Below, piece after piece: positions 35,329-47,285 of a stretch of 64,000 bases of DNA. The notes under the pieces were generated by a model. It saw only the letters and a program-made list of their open reading frames with translations, was not told the DNA's origin and ran no database searches. Origin of the DNA: a virus. Its lineage: Duplodnaviria > Caudoviricetes. Both the position numbers and the translations under genes were made by a program. Location: positions 192,001-256,000 of the IMG/VR virus record IMGVR_UViG_3300037067_012889; one strand, written 5' to 3'. Within the stretch, counting starts at the first letter, position 1, and each line of letters opens with the position of its first letter.

Positions 35329-35589
35329 TTACGCTCCTGTGTCTGCGATTAGAACCTTATGTTCCTCACGCAAAGGATATCTGAGTGGAAACCATTCCGT
35401 TGCTCCGCAACCTCTTTTATCAAAGCCAGCATCAAAGAACACACAATGATGCTCGTGTTCGTATGCATTGCCAGCAAGACGAACAGCCCCATTACCAACC
35501 ATATTTCCTGTACCGCACTTGCATAATATTTCGTGCTGAATCGTTTTTATCTCATAAAGTTTCAAACGTTCTTTAATAACATCGGACAT
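35329..35589 (-). CDS. small Cys/His protein
   Basis: CKCG...HEHHC...CG. Confidence 0.55.
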   Translation of the reverse strand: MSDVIKERLKLYEIKTIQHEILCKCGTGNMVGNGAVRLAGNAYEHEHHCVFFDAGFDKRGCGATEWFPLRYPLREEHKVLIADTGA

Positions 35590-35591
35590 GA

Positions 35592-36275
35592 TTAAAACCT
35601 ATAGAGATTAGGTAATGTAAATTTTTCGTGTGTTACGCCTGATGTTATAAGCTGATCACGCCAAAAAGCACTGCCGTCATCACGTGAATATTTTTTCAAT
35701 GGATGTTGCCATTTTTCATCATCTGGGAGATAACCGTACTTCCGTGCGATATCCCCGGACACAATTTGCAAACCGCCTATAGCACGCTTTATTGATATCG
35801 GCGTAAATTGTGTTTTGTCGATATCAAGTATATTTGGTGTTACCATTTCACACTTAATAATAGTGTTTATAGCATGTATTGTGTAACGTCTCCCACAAGC
35901 CAAAAGCGTATTGGGGTAATATATACCATCACCGGGAAACGGATATAATGTGTCAAGACAATTATCACCGAATATATGATCACAATCAGCAAACCATACA
36001 ATATCAGCATTCGTCAATCTTGCTGTAATATTGCGACCAATTGGCCTCTGATATACCATCTGGGCGGTCATCGGTATGAAATTCCATCTTATCCACGGTC
36101 TATCTATTTTCTTGAAATATTCAAGTATAATCTCGGTGGTATGATCTCCTGCAATATAGATTATAGTCGCAACGACCGTAGTCTTCCTGGTCTCATTAAG
36201 AACGAGAGAGCTAAGATGGTAATTCAATAGGGATGCATATTTTGGACCAAAACAATGGCTTATAATTTCAATCAT
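35592..36275 (-). CDS. GT-A fold glycosyltransferase
   Basis: GRN....T.ADIVWFADCDH (DxD motif). Confidence 0.75.
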   Translation of the reverse strand: MIEIISHCFGPKYASLLNYHLSSLVLNETRKTTVVATIIYIAGDHTTEIILEYFKKIDRPWIRWNFIPMTAQMVYQRPIGRNITARLTNADIVWFADCDHIFGDNCLDTLYPFPGDGIYYPNTLLACGRRYTIHAINTIIKCEMVTPNILDIDKTQFTPISIKRAIGGLQIVSGDIARKYGYLPDDEKWQHPLKKYSRDDGSAFWRDQLITSGVTHEKFTLPNLYRF

Positions 36276-36438
36276 TTTTGATAAATCTCAATCGTTCTAC
36301 CGCACGCACAGCATTCAAAGTAATCAGGATTTGAGTTCTCAAATAAATGCGTCGGATCTTTACATATATGAAAACCGAACACACAGAATATCTTACCAAT
36401 AGCTGGAAATGCACCAGAAAAACATGCAACAAAATGGT

Positions 36439-37380
36439 TCATTTGTGGCTATTCCACCATTTAATTGTTTGCTCTAGTCCTAAATCAAACGGTGTCTCTG
36501 CTATAAATCCGAATTCGTTTAGTGCCCGCTGTACATTCAAACATCTACGCGGCTGCCCGTCCGGTTTAGTGAGATCGTGGTATATTTCTCCATCAAATCC
36601 GATTAACTTGGCAATTTTAACAGCCAAATCATATACCGTGATTTCAAATCCTGCACCTATGTTAACTGGTTCTGGGTGATCATATGAGCGTGTCGCCATA
36701 ACAATCGCCCTTGCACAGTCCTCAACATATAAGAATTCGCGACTAGCTTTACCACTTCCCCATATGACGACTCGATCTTCGCCCTTGTCTTTTGCTTCTT
36801 GGAATTTGCGAATTAGAGCTGGTATAACATGTGAACTGCCCGGATCGAAATTGTCGCCTGGACCGTATAAGTTGACTGGCAGTAGATAGATACCATTCAT
36901 ACCATATTGCTGCCGGTAAGCTTGCAACATTACCAGCAATGTTTTCTTTGCAATCCCATAAGGTGCATTTGTTTCTTCTGGATAGCCGTTCCATAAATCT
37001 TCTTCGCTAAACGGGATTGGTGTTAACTTGGGATAAGCACATATCGTACCTATTTGTACGAATTTCTTAATTTTATTGCGGCGTGCATGCTCTATGAGAT
37101 GCGTCCCCATTATCAAATTGTGATAAAAGAACTTGCCCGGATTATCTCTATTAGCTCCGATACCACCGACCAATGCGGCTAAATGTATGACTACATCTGG
37201 CCTCAATTCCTTATACATTTTCGCTACATTAGTCTCATATATTAAATTGTAATTCTTAGTCCCGATAGCAAACAGATTATGATCTGGGACTCCGGCAAAG
37301 CGTAGCATACTTTGGACGTTCTTACCAACAAAACCAGAACCACCAGTCACAACAATACGATCGTTTTTGAGGTCAACCAT
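36439..37380 (-). CDS. fcl: GDP-L-fucose synthase
   Basis: [46 protein letters not shown] and KPDGQPRR motifs. Confidence 0.95.
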   Translation of the reverse strand: MVDLKNDRIVVTGGSGFVGKNVQSMLRFAGVPDHNLFAIGTKNYNLIYETNVAKMYKELRPDVVIHLAALVGGIGANRDNPGKFFYHNLIMGTHLIEHARRNKIKKFVQIGTICAYPKLTPIPFSEEDLWNGYPEETNAPYGIAKKTLLVMLQAYRQQYGMNGIYLLPVNLYGPGDNFDPGSSHVIPALIRKFQEAKDKGEDRVVIWGSGKASREFLYVEDCARAIVMATRSYDHPEPVNIGAGFEITVYDLAVKIAKLIGFDGEIYHDLTKPDGQPRRCLNVQRALNEFGFIAETPFDLGLEQTIKWWNSHK

Positions 37381-38380
37381 GTTTTGCGTCCTGTAACATT
37401 TTTTCATCTGTTGCCAAACGCATGTCATTGTCCACCATCATCGCAACAAGTTGCTTAAACGTTACTTTTGGCGTCCACCCAAGAACATTTTTAGCCTTCG
37501 TCGGATCGCCGAGTAAAAGATCGACCTCTGTCGGCCGAAAATAGCGTGGATCTATTTCGACATATTTATTCCAATCCAAATCAAGTAATGAAAACGCTTC
37601 TTCTACAAATTCTCGAACTGATCTGGTCTCACCTGAAGAAATTATATAATCGTCCGGAATACTACGCTGTAGCATAAGCCACATAGCTTCAACATAATCA
37701 CCAGCATATCCCCAATCTCTCTTGGCATCTAGATTACCGAGAAACAACTTATCTTGTGTGCCAAGCTTAATGCGAGTCGCCGCTCGCGTTATCTTCCTTG
37801 ATACGAATGTCTCGCCGCGTCTTGGGCCAGTGTGATTAAATAATATGCCGTTACAGGCGAAAATGTCATAAGCTTCTCGATAGTTGATCGTCTGCCAATA
37901 TCCGAATACCTTTGCGCATCCATATGGGCTTCTCGGATGGCAAGGCGTTTGCTCTGTTTGCGGTGTTTCAATCACCTTGCCATACATCTCACTACTAGAA
38001 GCTTGATAGAATTTGATGTCTTTATCTGCAATTCTAATTGCTTCAAGTAGTTGTAACGTTCCTATAGCTATCGATTGCGTTGTATAAACAGGTATATCGA
38101 AACTAACACGCACATGAGATTGTGCTGCAAGGTTGTAGACCTCATCTGGCATTACCTTCTTGACCAGATCGGACAAGCCTATACCATCAGTCATATCGCC
38201 ATAATGCAGAAACATCTGTGCATTCTTAACGTGTGAATCCTGGTATATCGATTCTATACGTGCAGTATTAAAACTGCTGGATCTGCGTATCAATCCATGT
38301 ACTTCATAACCCTTAGAGAGCAATAGCTCACATAACATCGATCCATCTTGGCCGGTTATACCGGTTATAAGCGCTTTCAT
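37373..38380 (-). CDS. gmd: GDP-mannose 4,6-dehydratase
   Basis: [37 protein letters not shown] and [11 protein letters not shown] motifs. Confidence 0.97.
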   Translation of the reverse strand: MKALITGITGQDGSMLCELLLSKGYEVHGLIRRSSSFNTARIESIYQDSHVKNAQMFLHYGDMTDGIGLSDLVKKVMPDEVYNLAAQSHVRVSFDIPVYTTQSIAIGTLQLLEAIRIADKDIKFYQASSSEMYGKVIETPQTEQTPCHPRSPYGCAKVFGYWQTINYREAYDIFACNGILFNHTGPRRGETFVSRKITRAATRIKLGTQDKLFLGNLDAKRDWGYAGDYVEAMWLMLQRSIPDDYIISSGETRSVREFVEEAFSLLDLDWNKYVEIDPRYFRPTEVDLLLGDPTKAKNVLGWTPKVTFKQLVAMMVDNDMRLATDEKMLQDAKHG

Positions 38381-38393
38381 ATTGCCTCGATTA

Positions 38394-39164
38394 CTAGGCA
38401 GCGTCAGCTAAATTCACACTGCGCAATACAAACGATCCCATAGATGGAACAGCTTTCGAGCCGCCAATCCATGCATCGTTTCCAGCACCGTGCGAATTTG
38501 GGGTATGGACTTCGATCCTTCCGTTCTTGACACGCAACATATCAAGAAATACTGCGTGACTCCACCAATCATAACCAACATAACAACCCCATCCCTGCAA
38601 TAACGCTGTAACTGTCTCAGCCCAGACATTCTTGCCTCCGAGATCCCACCATTCAAGCGGCATATAATTCTTCCGCTCATCATCGTATCTCGGATCCCAT
38701 TGTGACTTCTTAATCTTATGTTGTGGTACAGTCAACCTAGTCGCGATGCCGTGTGCTGATGCATATTCAAGCGCTCGATCTAGATAATATCCACTATTAC
38801 TATAATCAGTGCATTCAGCAAGAGATTCCGGAGATAGTTGAATGAACGGCTGGTCCATTGTTGCACGAACGGCCATTACTGATTGGCTCAAACTATATGC
38901 CCAACAAAACCCAAGGCCGTTTTGATAGTCCGCCTTTGTGTCACTAATCCATCGTTGACCAATAAATGAGCCAGATGACGTCATCTGATCGATACGGCCG
39001 TTCCATTCACTTTCTGGAATAATCGGTACGTGCTCAGCAAATACTGCCGCACACGCAAGACCGCCGATTTCTGTCTGCCGTGGTAATGCACCAGCCAAGA
39101 ATCCGGCACCTTCACTCTCAGACACAACATCGAGATAGTTGTCGTCATTGATATATAAACTCAT
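38394..39164 (-). CDS. papain-like (C1) cysteine protease
   Basis: [10 protein letters not shown] (Cys), SHAV (His), PNSHG (Asn). Confidence 0.8.
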   Translation of the reverse strand: MSLYINDDNYLDVVSESEGAGFLAGALPRQTEIGGLACAAVFAEHVPIIPESEWNGRIDQMTSSGSFIGQRWISDTKADYQNGLGFCWAYSLSQSVMAVRATMDQPFIQLSPESLAECTDYSNSGYYLDRALEYASAHGIATRLTVPQHKIKKSQWDPRYDDERKNYMPLEWWDLGGKNVWAETVTALLQGWGCYVGYDWWSHAVFLDMLRVKNGRIEVHTPNSHGAGNDAWIGGSKAVPSMGSFVLRSVNLADAA

Positions 39165-39547
39165 TTGCCGACTTCCTTTTTAAGTGCGTCTAGTTTTGTT
39201 GGACATGGCATAACAGTAATTTTTCCATTGATCCATTTTTTAGCTAGCACTGGTAGATCTATCTTGCTAGCAGTGATAGCATCAAGATATGGTTTAGCTT
39301 CTGCAGATTCCTGCTTATCTTTACCAAGAACATTAGCATCCCATACAGAAATATCAAGTGATGGTGCCTTTGCATACAACTCGACCATATCTTGTGACAA
39401 CGGTTTTTGGGTCGATGTTTCACGAACAATCACTGCTTTAGAAAGTGCACCAGATCCAAATGGTATTAGATCTGGCCTTGTGGTCATAACTAGACCAGTT
39501 GCCAGAAATAACACAATGAGAATTGGCGGTAATACTTTCTTCGTCAT
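39161..39547 (-). CDS. membrane-anchored hypothetical protein
   Basis: N-terminal TM/signal segment. Confidence 0.65.
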   Translation of the reverse strand: MTKKVLPPILIVLFLATGLVMTTRPDLIPFGSGALSKAVIVRETSTQKPLSQDMVELYAKAPSLDISVWDANVLGKDKQESAEAKPYLDAITASKIDLPVLAKKWINGKITVMPCPTKLDALKKEVGK

Positions 39548-39939
39548 TGTACCGGCACCTCCACAACAATGCCATCAGTAGTTGTGACTTTCACAGTTTT
39601 TGTAGCTGCCGCTTTCGCCGCTGATGCTATTGCAGCAACAGCATCTGCTTGTGTTGATTTCCATTGCTGTATTGCGTTCTGCCAAAGCGTATCAGCAATG
39701 ATATCACATGCTTTTACAGCATCGGGTGATATCATAATAGCATTAATCTTGCTCAATGACTCGATATAACTCAGGTCGGTAGCCAATTGTGTAGTGTTAA
39801 TTGTAACACCCTGAGTAGTTGTCGTTGCTGTTGTCGTTGTGGCAGTTGTCGCCGGTGTCGTTGTCCATAGATATCGTACCCATATGATGAGTGCGATTAC
39901 CGCAGCTGCAATAAACCCGAAACCTAACATTTGAACCAT
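39544..39939 (-). CDS. membrane protein with Thr-rich linker
   Basis: TM segment followed by poly-Thr. Confidence 0.65.
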   Translation of the reverse strand: MVQMLGFGFIAAAVIALIIWVRYLWTTTPATTATTTTATTTTQGVTINTTQLATDLSYIESLSKINAIMISPDAVKACDIIADTLWQNAIQQWKSTQADAVAAIASAAKAAATKTVKVTTTDGIVVEVPVQ

Positions 39940-39994
39940 GACATTACCCTTTGCTGGTTAAAAGTCGAGTGAAGTCATTTCTAGGCAACGACCA

Positions 39995-40633
39995 TTATTT
40001 CCAGACACCAAGCTTTTTCTTCTTTGCTTCATCTTCAAAGGCTTTCCATGCCTTTGGAGCTTCTGGTAATAATTTTGCCATGCCAAGCCGCACCTGCTCT
40101 GTATTCAAGCACTGTCCAGAATTGCCATATATTACACCCACAATCAGCTGCGCTTCTGCCGGTTCTTCTGCTGATTCTTCATCACTTGATTCTACAATAT
40201 CTTCATCCGACTTTAATTGTTTTTCTAGTTTGATTTCTTCATCAGTAGTTGCGAATATACCCTGACGTTGAACTCTAATCGAAGTACCAGCCAGACGTTC
40301 TAAAGAAGTACGACTTTGTTCAGCGAGTGCTCCATCAGATGGCGAACAAATATTTATCAAGTTTATTGTTCTTACTCGTCGTTGACGTTTACCGAGACGA
40401 GATTCTATACTGGTACCAGTAACAACTTTAGAGACTGTATACTCACTCCATTTAATTGGACGCGGCTTTGGGGTTCTACTACAAGCGAAATCACGGCACG
40501 AACCGCCGTGAAAGACCCATCCACCAAATAAGAAAATTGCTATACTGACCCATACCCACCACGGTATGAATTTTACAGCAGCAGCTATCTTATCGGCAAT
40601 AGCGGCCAGAATTGCACTAATTGCAGTTAGCAT
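39995..40633 (-). CDS. membrane-anchored thermonuclease (SNase)-like protein, catalytic motifs degenerate
   Basis: VSKVVTGTSI, INLINICSP, LNTEQVRLGMA and EDEAKKKKLGVW motifs. Confidence 0.7.
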   Translation of the reverse strand: MLTAISAILAAIADKIAAAVKFIPWWVWVSIAIFLFGGWVFHGGSCRDFACSRTPKPRPIKWSEYTVSKVVTGTSIESRLGKRQRRVRTINLINICSPSDGALAEQSRTSLERLAGTSIRVQRQGIFATTDEEIKLEKQLKSDEDIVESSDEESAEEPAEAQLIVGVIYGNSGQCLNTEQVRLGMAKLLPEAPKAWKAFEDEAKKKKLGVWK

Positions 40634-40772
40634 ATAAACCTCAGATAGTTAACTTTGATTTATTTACTATCTGAATTATCTACTATATCTTAAGAAAGCA
40701 AATTCATGTCTTATAATTCGTCATATGAATCGCCACAGACGTCTTCACTATGAGTATGAATGGTGTTTGATA

Positions 40773-40806
40773 TAGATCACTTACGCATTGATGCGTAAGT
40801 GATCTA
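40773..40806. terminator. 16-bp inverted repeat downstream of the 1002-aa gene
   Basis: tagatcacttacgcat-tg-atgcgtaagtgatcta. Confidence 0.6.
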
Positions 40807-40845
40807 AATTACCGGCTAGATAACCTTCCGTGGCATCACATAAAC

Positions 40846-43800
40846 CTAGATTCGATTTTCGCCGGTCTTGACAGGCTTGAGATCGGGTGCCGATTTTGTA
40901 CTAACATCGACTTTGCCGTTCGTATCGAACCCCTCTAATTCCTTACCTTTGCCCTTTGGCTTCTGAGCGCCCTTTTCCTTTGGGGGTTCGCGATGATCCT
41001 GCTTTGTCGTATCATAGTCCTTACTTTTTGGATCGGTAATATCCTTGTCTTCCTGAATTTTCTCAGCACCCTCTTCGACTTCCTCATTCTCTTCAGGTTC
41101 GGGAGTATTGCCAGCCTCAAAGTTAGGCATTTCATCGGCATCTGTCTCCGGGGTTTCTGGCTCTTCTGGCTCGATCGCTGGTTCGGTCACGGGTTGCATT
41201 TCCCCTTCCGGCGCACCGACATCACCAATACCGGACACATCGCCAGTACTTCCAATCTCAAATTCATGCTCTCCGCCCTCGGCACCGGTGTCGACTGAAA
41301 CCGATACTGATCCATCGCTTCCAGCGGTAATTGTAGCTACCGCCTCATCGAGCATGCGATCTTCTTCTTCAGAGATTGGTCTGAATTGCTCAATACCGTC
41401 CGCCAACCACCGTGAAAATGGTTTGCTGTCACCCTTCTTAATTCCGGCAGCGGCCAACGCACTCTCAAACAAGTTTTGCGGAACCGGCACATTCACACTG
41501 CCATCTTCACTAAGTATTACGAACGGATCAGCATAATCAAGAATGAATCGAACTCCATCAAGATCACCCTTCATGCCTTTACCAGATTCATCGTGCTCAA
41601 GCCACACAACATTTCGACGAACTTTCGATTCGTTGGTTGGAGCATTGCCAGTAAATCCAGCATCAGCTTCCGGCGCTTCGCCATCAATTTCAGAAACACT
41701 ATTACCGCTTGGCTTCTTACGTTCAGTTTTGTTCAAACTAGAGCGACGAGGATTGCGCCGACGCATCAGAGTGCCGCTCTTATATTGGTCTTCTGCAATT
41801 TCTCTGAATTGCTCGACAACTTTGTCAACTGTAGCATTGATCCTGTGTTCGGGAATGCGAATTCCAGACGCAGCAATGGCTTCCAATGCTAACTTATGTG
41901 CATCGACGTCATCAATGTCGGCTTCTTTCGATTCCACCAGCTTAAACATTTGGGAAACAACATCCGACATCTCATCACGGAGTATCGATCTGCCATAATC
42001 AGCACCCATATTCGAGACAAAATCAATCGATTCGCCCATGGCGTATGGGTCGTCACATTCAGTCTCGCATTCCTCTTCGGTTTCACACTCTTCGTCCTTG
42101 TCGTCTTTCTTTCCTTCCTTTTCGGCAATCTTCTTCTCTAGCCATTCCTTATCTTCAGAAATTCCAAGGGCTTTTCGCGTCAGACGTTCAGCTAACGATC
42201 CCTTGCCTTTCTTTTGCTTACTATCGAGGTTGATATTAACATCCTTGTCTGCCTCTTCCTCTTCATCACCAAGACCAAGTTCGTCCAAGTCCTCGTCACC
42301 TTCGTCTTCGTCGCCAAGACCGAGAGCTTCTAAGTCTTCTTCTCCACCCTCTTCTCCGCCCTCTTCATCCTCAAATTCATCTCCACCGAGATCTTCACCC
42401 CCAAGTCCTGCATCTTCTTCTGGTGCGGCACTAGAAGTTCCGCCAATCTGAATTAGCGGAGAATTGATGACGATATTCGGTTGACCCGGAGTACCACTGA
42501 GTTCTTGGCCAAGATCATCCCCTACCTCCTCGCCAAGCTCTTCTCCAGCATCGATACCGGCGTTTGTCTCGGTACCTTGAGTATCGTAATCATTCAAAGT
42601 ATCCATAGCTTCAAGCTCTTTATGTGCAGAAGCTAATGTTTCGCGGACCAAATAAACAGTAGCGTCATCGACTTCCGATTCCGACAGTTTATTGATCAGT
42701 TCGTCAACCTTTTCCTTTAACTCCACATCCTCTTGAATCTTCGGGCTATCGCGGAGTAGTCCAAGCGCAGTACGATAGGCTTTCACCTCTTCATCGCGAG
42801 GCGACATAGCTTCATTGAATGTCATATTCAAGAATTTGTCATAATCGCCATCGAAATCCTTCGTGTGCTCAAGAACGGAAACATTTTCAAGCAACGTTGG
42901 GTGCTGTGCCTTGGTAGCTGTTGCACGCCATTCTTTGATAATCGTATCGCGGTTGATTTTCAGATTCGTGCGATAGAACAAAGTAGCCGTATCATCGCAA
43001 AGCTGCTGGTTCATAACAGCTTTCGCCGCCAAGGTGTTCTCAACTAGAGTCTGGCACTCTTGACGTGTAAGTAAGCAAAACTCTTGCTGCTCAGCCAAGA
43101 AGCTCTTAATACCTTCAACGGCTTCGGCAATCTTGTCGTTATCAATCAGTTTTGCAGTCTGATAAATCCGCTTTTGGAAGCCACTAGACTTGAAGGCTTC
43201 CTTTGCGGTCTCTCGCATATGAGTTCCGACAACTTTTCGGCACGTCCATTCGCTGACTGGTAGTTTCTTGCGACGATCATCGTTGAAAGTAGCACTAACA
43301 ATTCTACCACTTTCAAGTACCACAGAATCAGACAAACTCTCAACCAAAGCTCTGACCAACTGCTGCTTCTGATGGTCGGTCCATACCTTAGATGTTGATT
43401 CTACCCTGAGCTTTCTAACGACACCATCACGAGTGCGGACGACACCAGATGTCGGAATCGTATGTGGCGAGAATTTTTGAGCAGCCAAGTTGTTGAACGT
43501 AGTACGCATTGCTCGTTGGTCATTGGCCTCGATAGCGCTGACCAGACCACGGCAATTTTGCTCAAACAACGACTGTTTCTGTCCCTCGACGATTTTCACA
43601 GGGCGGATATTGGTGATATTGATCTTGCCACCACGCAGATGTTGATGATCGGCAACGTAGTAGGATCCGTTTGACGTATCTTCGATGAATAGGTTGCCGT
43701 CGTTAAGAGCAGCAAGACGCCATTGAGCTTTGATACGCTGCCCAAGCCGACCTACCAGTGACTCATAAATAGCCACTCTACTCTGGGCGGAATTGTTAAT

Positions 43801-43854
43801 TGTTCCAAGAAATTTCCGGCTATCCAACACAAGGCAATCGGCTTTGGTGGCCAT
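40846..43854 (-). CDS. large acidic head-module protein (prohead core-like)
   Basis: 1002 aa directly after the portal gene; long Glu/Asp/Gly tracts. Confidence 0.75.
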   Translation of the reverse strand: MATKADCLVLDSRKFLGTINNSAQSRVAIYESLVGRLGQRIKAQWRLAALNDGNLFIEDTSNGSYYVADHQHLRGGKINITNIRPVKIVEGQKQSLFEQNCRGLVSAIEANDQRAMRTTFNNLAAQKFSPHTIPTSGVVRTRDGVVRKLRVESTSKVWTDHQKQQLVRALVESLSDSVVLESGRIVSATFNDDRRKKLPVSEWTCRKVVGTHMRETAKEAFKSSGFQKRIYQTAKLIDNDKIAEAVEGIKSFLAEQQEFCLLTRQECQTLVENTLAAKAVMNQQLCDDTATLFYRTNLKINRDTIIKEWRATATKAQHPTLLENVSVLEHTKDFDGDYDKFLNMTFNEAMSPRDEEVKAYRTALGLLRDSPKIQEDVELKEKVDELINKLSESEVDDATVYLVRETLASAHKELEAMDTLNDYDTQGTETNAGIDAGEELGEEVGDDLGQELSGTPGQPNIVINSPLIQIGGTSSAAPEEDAGLGGEDLGGDEFEDEEGGEEGGEEDLEALGLGDEDEGDEDLDELGLGDEEEEADKDVNINLDSKQKKGKGSLAERLTRKALGISEDKEWLEKKIAEKEGKKDDKDEECETEEECETECDDPYAMGESIDFVSNMGADYGRSILRDEMSDVVSQMFKLVESKEADIDDVDAHKLALEAIAASGIRIPEHRINATVDKVVEQFREIAEDQYKSGTLMRRRNPRRSSLNKTERKKPSGNSVSEIDGEAPEADAGFTGNAPTNESKVRRNVVWLEHDESGKGMKGDLDGVRFILDYADPFVILSEDGSVNVPVPQNLFESALAAAGIKKGDSKPFSRWLADGIEQFRPISEEEDRMLDEAVATITAGSDGSVSVSVDTGAEGGEHEFEIGSTGDVSGIGDVGAPEGEMQPVTEPAIEPEEPETPETDADEMPNFEAGNTPEPEENEEVEEGAEKIQEDKDITDPKSKDYDTTKQDHREPPKEKGAQKPKGKGKELEGFDTNGKVDVSTKSAPDLKPVKTGENRI

Positions 43855-43934
43855 GTACTAACTCCCTATTGACTGCAAAAGCCTCCGACACTCGGAGAGT
43901 TCAATTGGCTTATATAATAATGTTTGCCTAGAGC

Positions 43935-45863
43935 CTAAACGGGTAGATCCTCTTGACCAATATCAGTATCAACATTCGTCATAACTGGCTGATTTTTGAT
44001 GATACTCCTAATTTCAGATATAACTTCGTCGCGATCTATTTTAGGCACAGACCATGCAACTAATAGCCCCTTATCCTCTACGTCTTCTGTCAACAATTCT
44101 TCATCTTTTTTAACCGTTTTCGTCAACCCGTCCAATTCTTTAGATTCCAATAGATATTGAAACGGACTAGAAAACGTTTTTGCGCGTCTAGACATCTTGA
44201 TAAGATTACTATATCGTTTCTTGCGATAGGCATCTCTACGTATCTCAAGAATCACTTTGTGCTCTTGCCGTTTATTTTCTAGTGTAAATTCCTCTTCACC
44301 TTCTTCCTCTTCACCTTCTTCACCGCCGCCTTCTTCTTCACCACCCTCCATACCTTCCAAATCCTCATCACCACCAAGATCTACATCCTCACCACCCATT
44401 TCCAGATCTTCATCCCCGCCAGCTCCACCGGCCATTCCACCAAGTCCGCCAGCACCACCGCCCTCCTCGCCTTCCTCGCTACCACCTTCTTCCTCCTGCA
44501 TCTCCTCCATTTCTTCAATCTCGTCTGGCGACAGATCGGTAAATCTGGTAACAATCCACTGTTTTGGAAACCAGCCGATTTCTTTAAGATCGGCCATTAC
44601 ACCGACCCTAGTTGCCCATGTCTCCATTCTATAGAGATCATCAAGTGCAGAACTCGATGCTAACGATAAACTAAATCCCTTGATATCTTGAACAGAATAT
44701 CCACGTAGAGCGAGATGTATAATTCCAATCTTCTGTAAACTCAATGCTATTTCAGATTGCACCCACTGCACGGCCTTGGCAAATTCTGCATCTGATTGTG
44801 CTAATGACTTTTCATTAGGTTCACCAGCACCTTCGCCAATACCTACACGAGCAAACGGAATCTTCAACGGAGAAATCATTTTCTTCTTAAAGTACTCGAT
44901 ATCAGATATCTTATCCATATTCTCACCACCTGGGAGAATATCTATATCTGGCCCAGTACCATCTGGTCGCATTGGTAAAAAGAAATCATCCTCTTGAACG
45001 ATTGGCGAAAATCGTTCGTCGAATGTCCCTGTGGTGGGATTATAAAATCTCTGTCGCTTAAACATCCTTGCGATGCTCAACAAATATTCCGGAACCTCCT
45101 TGGGAGGAATCATTCCGACAGGAATCTTATATTTCCGCTTTTCCGGGCCTCTTGTAATACGATAGATTAATGAAGCATCTTCCATCAGCCTCAATTGTTT
45201 GAATGGTTTTCTAGAACCATCTATTATAGCTCTACCATATGGCGCATAAACCGACTCAAAATTCGTAAGACGCATATGCATACACGACCAGGGATGCATA
45301 AATACTGGTTCTGGATACATATCATCTTGATAGAAAAATCCCACCAAATCACCAAATCGCGTCTCAATTCTGGTGAAATTATAGATATTCATAAATCGTA
45401 ATGATGCTACGCCTGTGCGATTTCTGTCTGTTACTACCTCAAAAGCAGCATCACCAAATTTACACAAATATCTCGCCGCTGGTCTTAACCATCTGTCGAC
45501 TAGTAATGTGTCAAAGAATAATTCCTCTAGTTCTGCTTTAATTCTCCTATTCGCGGCCCTAATAATCAGCCCATGCTTATATTCTGGATCTATAAGCGAA
45601 CATTCATCCGAGTAGAGATCTAATGCCAGACTGATCTCACCGGTTTGGTCCATCTGCTCATAGTCTTTATATCTCTCCAAGCGGTTGATCTGAAGATTTG
45701 TTTGTTGAAGAATCGCGTTCTGGCTAGAAAAATCTAAGAAATCTCCACCGACTGCCAATTTATCTATAGATGATTGATCTTGTAGAATCCGTTCTTGCTG
45801 ATATATACGGTTAGATCGAGTAAATTCTCTGATGCGGTCCCAGACTAACCAATTGGCTGGCAT
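43935..45863 (-). CDS. portal protein (T4 gp20-like)
   Basis: KQLRLMEDASLIYRITRGPEKR, EDDFFLP and DIEYFKKKM...LKIP motifs. Confidence 0.95.
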   Translation of the reverse strand: MPANWLVWDRIREFTRSNRIYQQERILQDQSSIDKLAVGGDFLDFSSQNAILQQTNLQINRLERYKDYEQMDQTGEISLALDLYSDECSLIDPEYKHGLIIRAANRRIKAELEELFFDTLLVDRWLRPAARYLCKFGDAAFEVVTDRNRTGVASLRFMNIYNFTRIETRFGDLVGFFYQDDMYPEPVFMHPWSCMHMRLTNFESVYAPYGRAIIDGSRKPFKQLRLMEDASLIYRITRGPEKRKYKIPVGMIPPKEVPEYLLSIARMFKRQRFYNPTTGTFDERFSPIVQEDDFFLPMRPDGTGPDIDILPGGENMDKISDIEYFKKKMISPLKIPFARVGIGEGAGEPNEKSLAQSDAEFAKAVQWVQSEIALSLQKIGIIHLALRGYSVQDIKGFSLSLASSSALDDLYRMETWATRVGVMADLKEIGWFPKQWIVTRFTDLSPDEIEEMEEMQEEEGGSEEGEEGGGAGGLGGMAGGAGGDEDLEMGGEDVDLGGDEDLEGMEGGEEEGGGEEGEEEEGEEEFTLENKRQEHKVILEIRRDAYRKKRYSNLIKMSRRAKTFSSPFQYLLESKELDGLTKTVKKDEELLTEDVEDKGLLVAWSVPKIDRDEVISEIRSIIKNQPVMTNVDTDIGQEDLPV

Positions 45864-45870
45864 AGTATTC

Positions 45871-47259
45871 TCACAGATATCTTACAAAACACAATTTTTC
45901 ACCACCATATTTTTTAATGTAGCCGTATTTATCAGCGAACTCGTTTTCTTTTAATCCCATTTTCAGAGCTCTATTATATAATGTCTTTTTATGCATAACA
46001 TGACCAGAAACATCTATATACCAATAACTTGCCGCTACTCTATGGTGTAGTTGGAAATTGCTAGCTTTATAAATCGTCCCAACATGACCGACAGTTGTAT
46101 CGGAATAAGCTACTACGATTTTGCATGATAATTTTTTAAGACATTTCGCAATAAACCAACTTGCGAAATTCTTTTTTTGATATGATGGATGTATACACAA
46201 TCTGGATAGTTCACGAACTTCGCCATCTACTAACCCAAATTGACCCGCTGTATTTTGCCGAAGTGGTGAACTGAAAACAGCACATGCTATCATTTTTCCA
46301 TCGTATTCTGCACTAATACAAAATCCGCCGCGACCTTTACCAATATAATGGTATGAATCCAGAAATAAACGGACATCATTCGTTGGTGGATTAAGTCTAA
46401 GCGATATTTCTGAAAAATCAAAATCCACATCTTGCGTATTTATACCCAGTCTTGATTTTAACTTATCAGCTACCTTATCCTTACAATAAAACTCGTGTTC
46501 CCAAATATATAACATTTCATATTCGGGAAAATATTCAGAAATATATGTAAATTTAGCCCTATCTCGGCTAACAACTCTAGCAAGCTCATGCCAATAATCA
46601 CCCTGACATTCAATAAGAATTTTATGTTCGCCATATGTTATTAGGCAATCGAAGCTATAATAACCAATTCGAGTACCAGGTCCTTCTCGCTCGTAATTGA
46701 TATTTAAAGTGTCAAGTATGTCATATAAAATCAGTTGTATAGAACTATGTGGTCTGTGTTGAGCAAATGATTTGGCTATTGCTATTTTATAACGTTCAGA
46801 TGCTTTCACATCGCGCAATTTATCCTTCGACGCAGCAATAGCAGATAATGTCTTTAATTTATAGTCACTATCACGCCATAACGCTTTTACTGACTCAGAC
46901 GCCTTTTGTGTAAGTGGACTATTAGAAAAGCTATGTGTATTCCTTTTTAGAGATACCTTATGCTTCTCTTTAAATATTGGATCCCTCAACAATTCCGCTG
47001 TACTTGCAACCCTATCAGCACGGTATTCTTCATTTTCCCATTGTTGCTTCATTCTAGCAGATATAGCTGCAGACTCTTTTTTCTTTACACATGATGGACA
47101 CAACCAAGGCATCTGATTATCGACTACTTCATTCTTAACTCTAATAGTTATTATCGCCAATTTTCCGCAATTATCGCAAGAACATATAACTTTGGGTCGT
47201 CTACATCCAGGTAGAATATCATAGCCATACTTGTCTGATGTTGCTTGCCAATCGATCAT
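45871..47259 (-). CDS. Hef-like endonuclease: Vsr/DUF559-type nuclease plus Mom-like GNAT domain
   Basis: YSFDC...LIECQGDYWH...RD..K...IWEHE; YHY.G...RELSRLC...AYSDT..GH.GTIYKASNF. Confidence 0.75.
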   Translation of the reverse strand: MIDWQATSDKYGYDILPGCRRPKVICSCDNCGKLAIITIRVKNEVVDNQMPWLCPSCVKKKESAAISARMKQQWENEEYRADRVASTAELLRDPIFKEKHKVSLKRNTHSFSNSPLTQKASESVKALWRDSDYKLKTLSAIAASKDKLRDVKASERYKIAIAKSFAQHRPHSSIQLILYDILDTLNINYEREGPGTRIGYYSFDCLITYGEHKILIECQGDYWHELARVVSRDRAKFTYISEYFPEYEMLYIWEHEFYCKDKVADKLKSRLGINTQDVDFDFSEISLRLNPPTNDVRLFLDSYHYIGKGRGGFCISAEYDGKMIACAVFSSPLRQNTAGQFGLVDGEVRELSRLCIHPSYQKKNFASWFIAKCLKKLSCKIVVAYSDTTVGHVGTIYKASNFQLHHRVAASYWYIDVSGHVMHKKTLYNRALKMGLKENEFADKYGYIKKYGGEKLCFVRYL

Positions 47260-47285
47260 ATCTTATATACAATACTGAATCGTTC

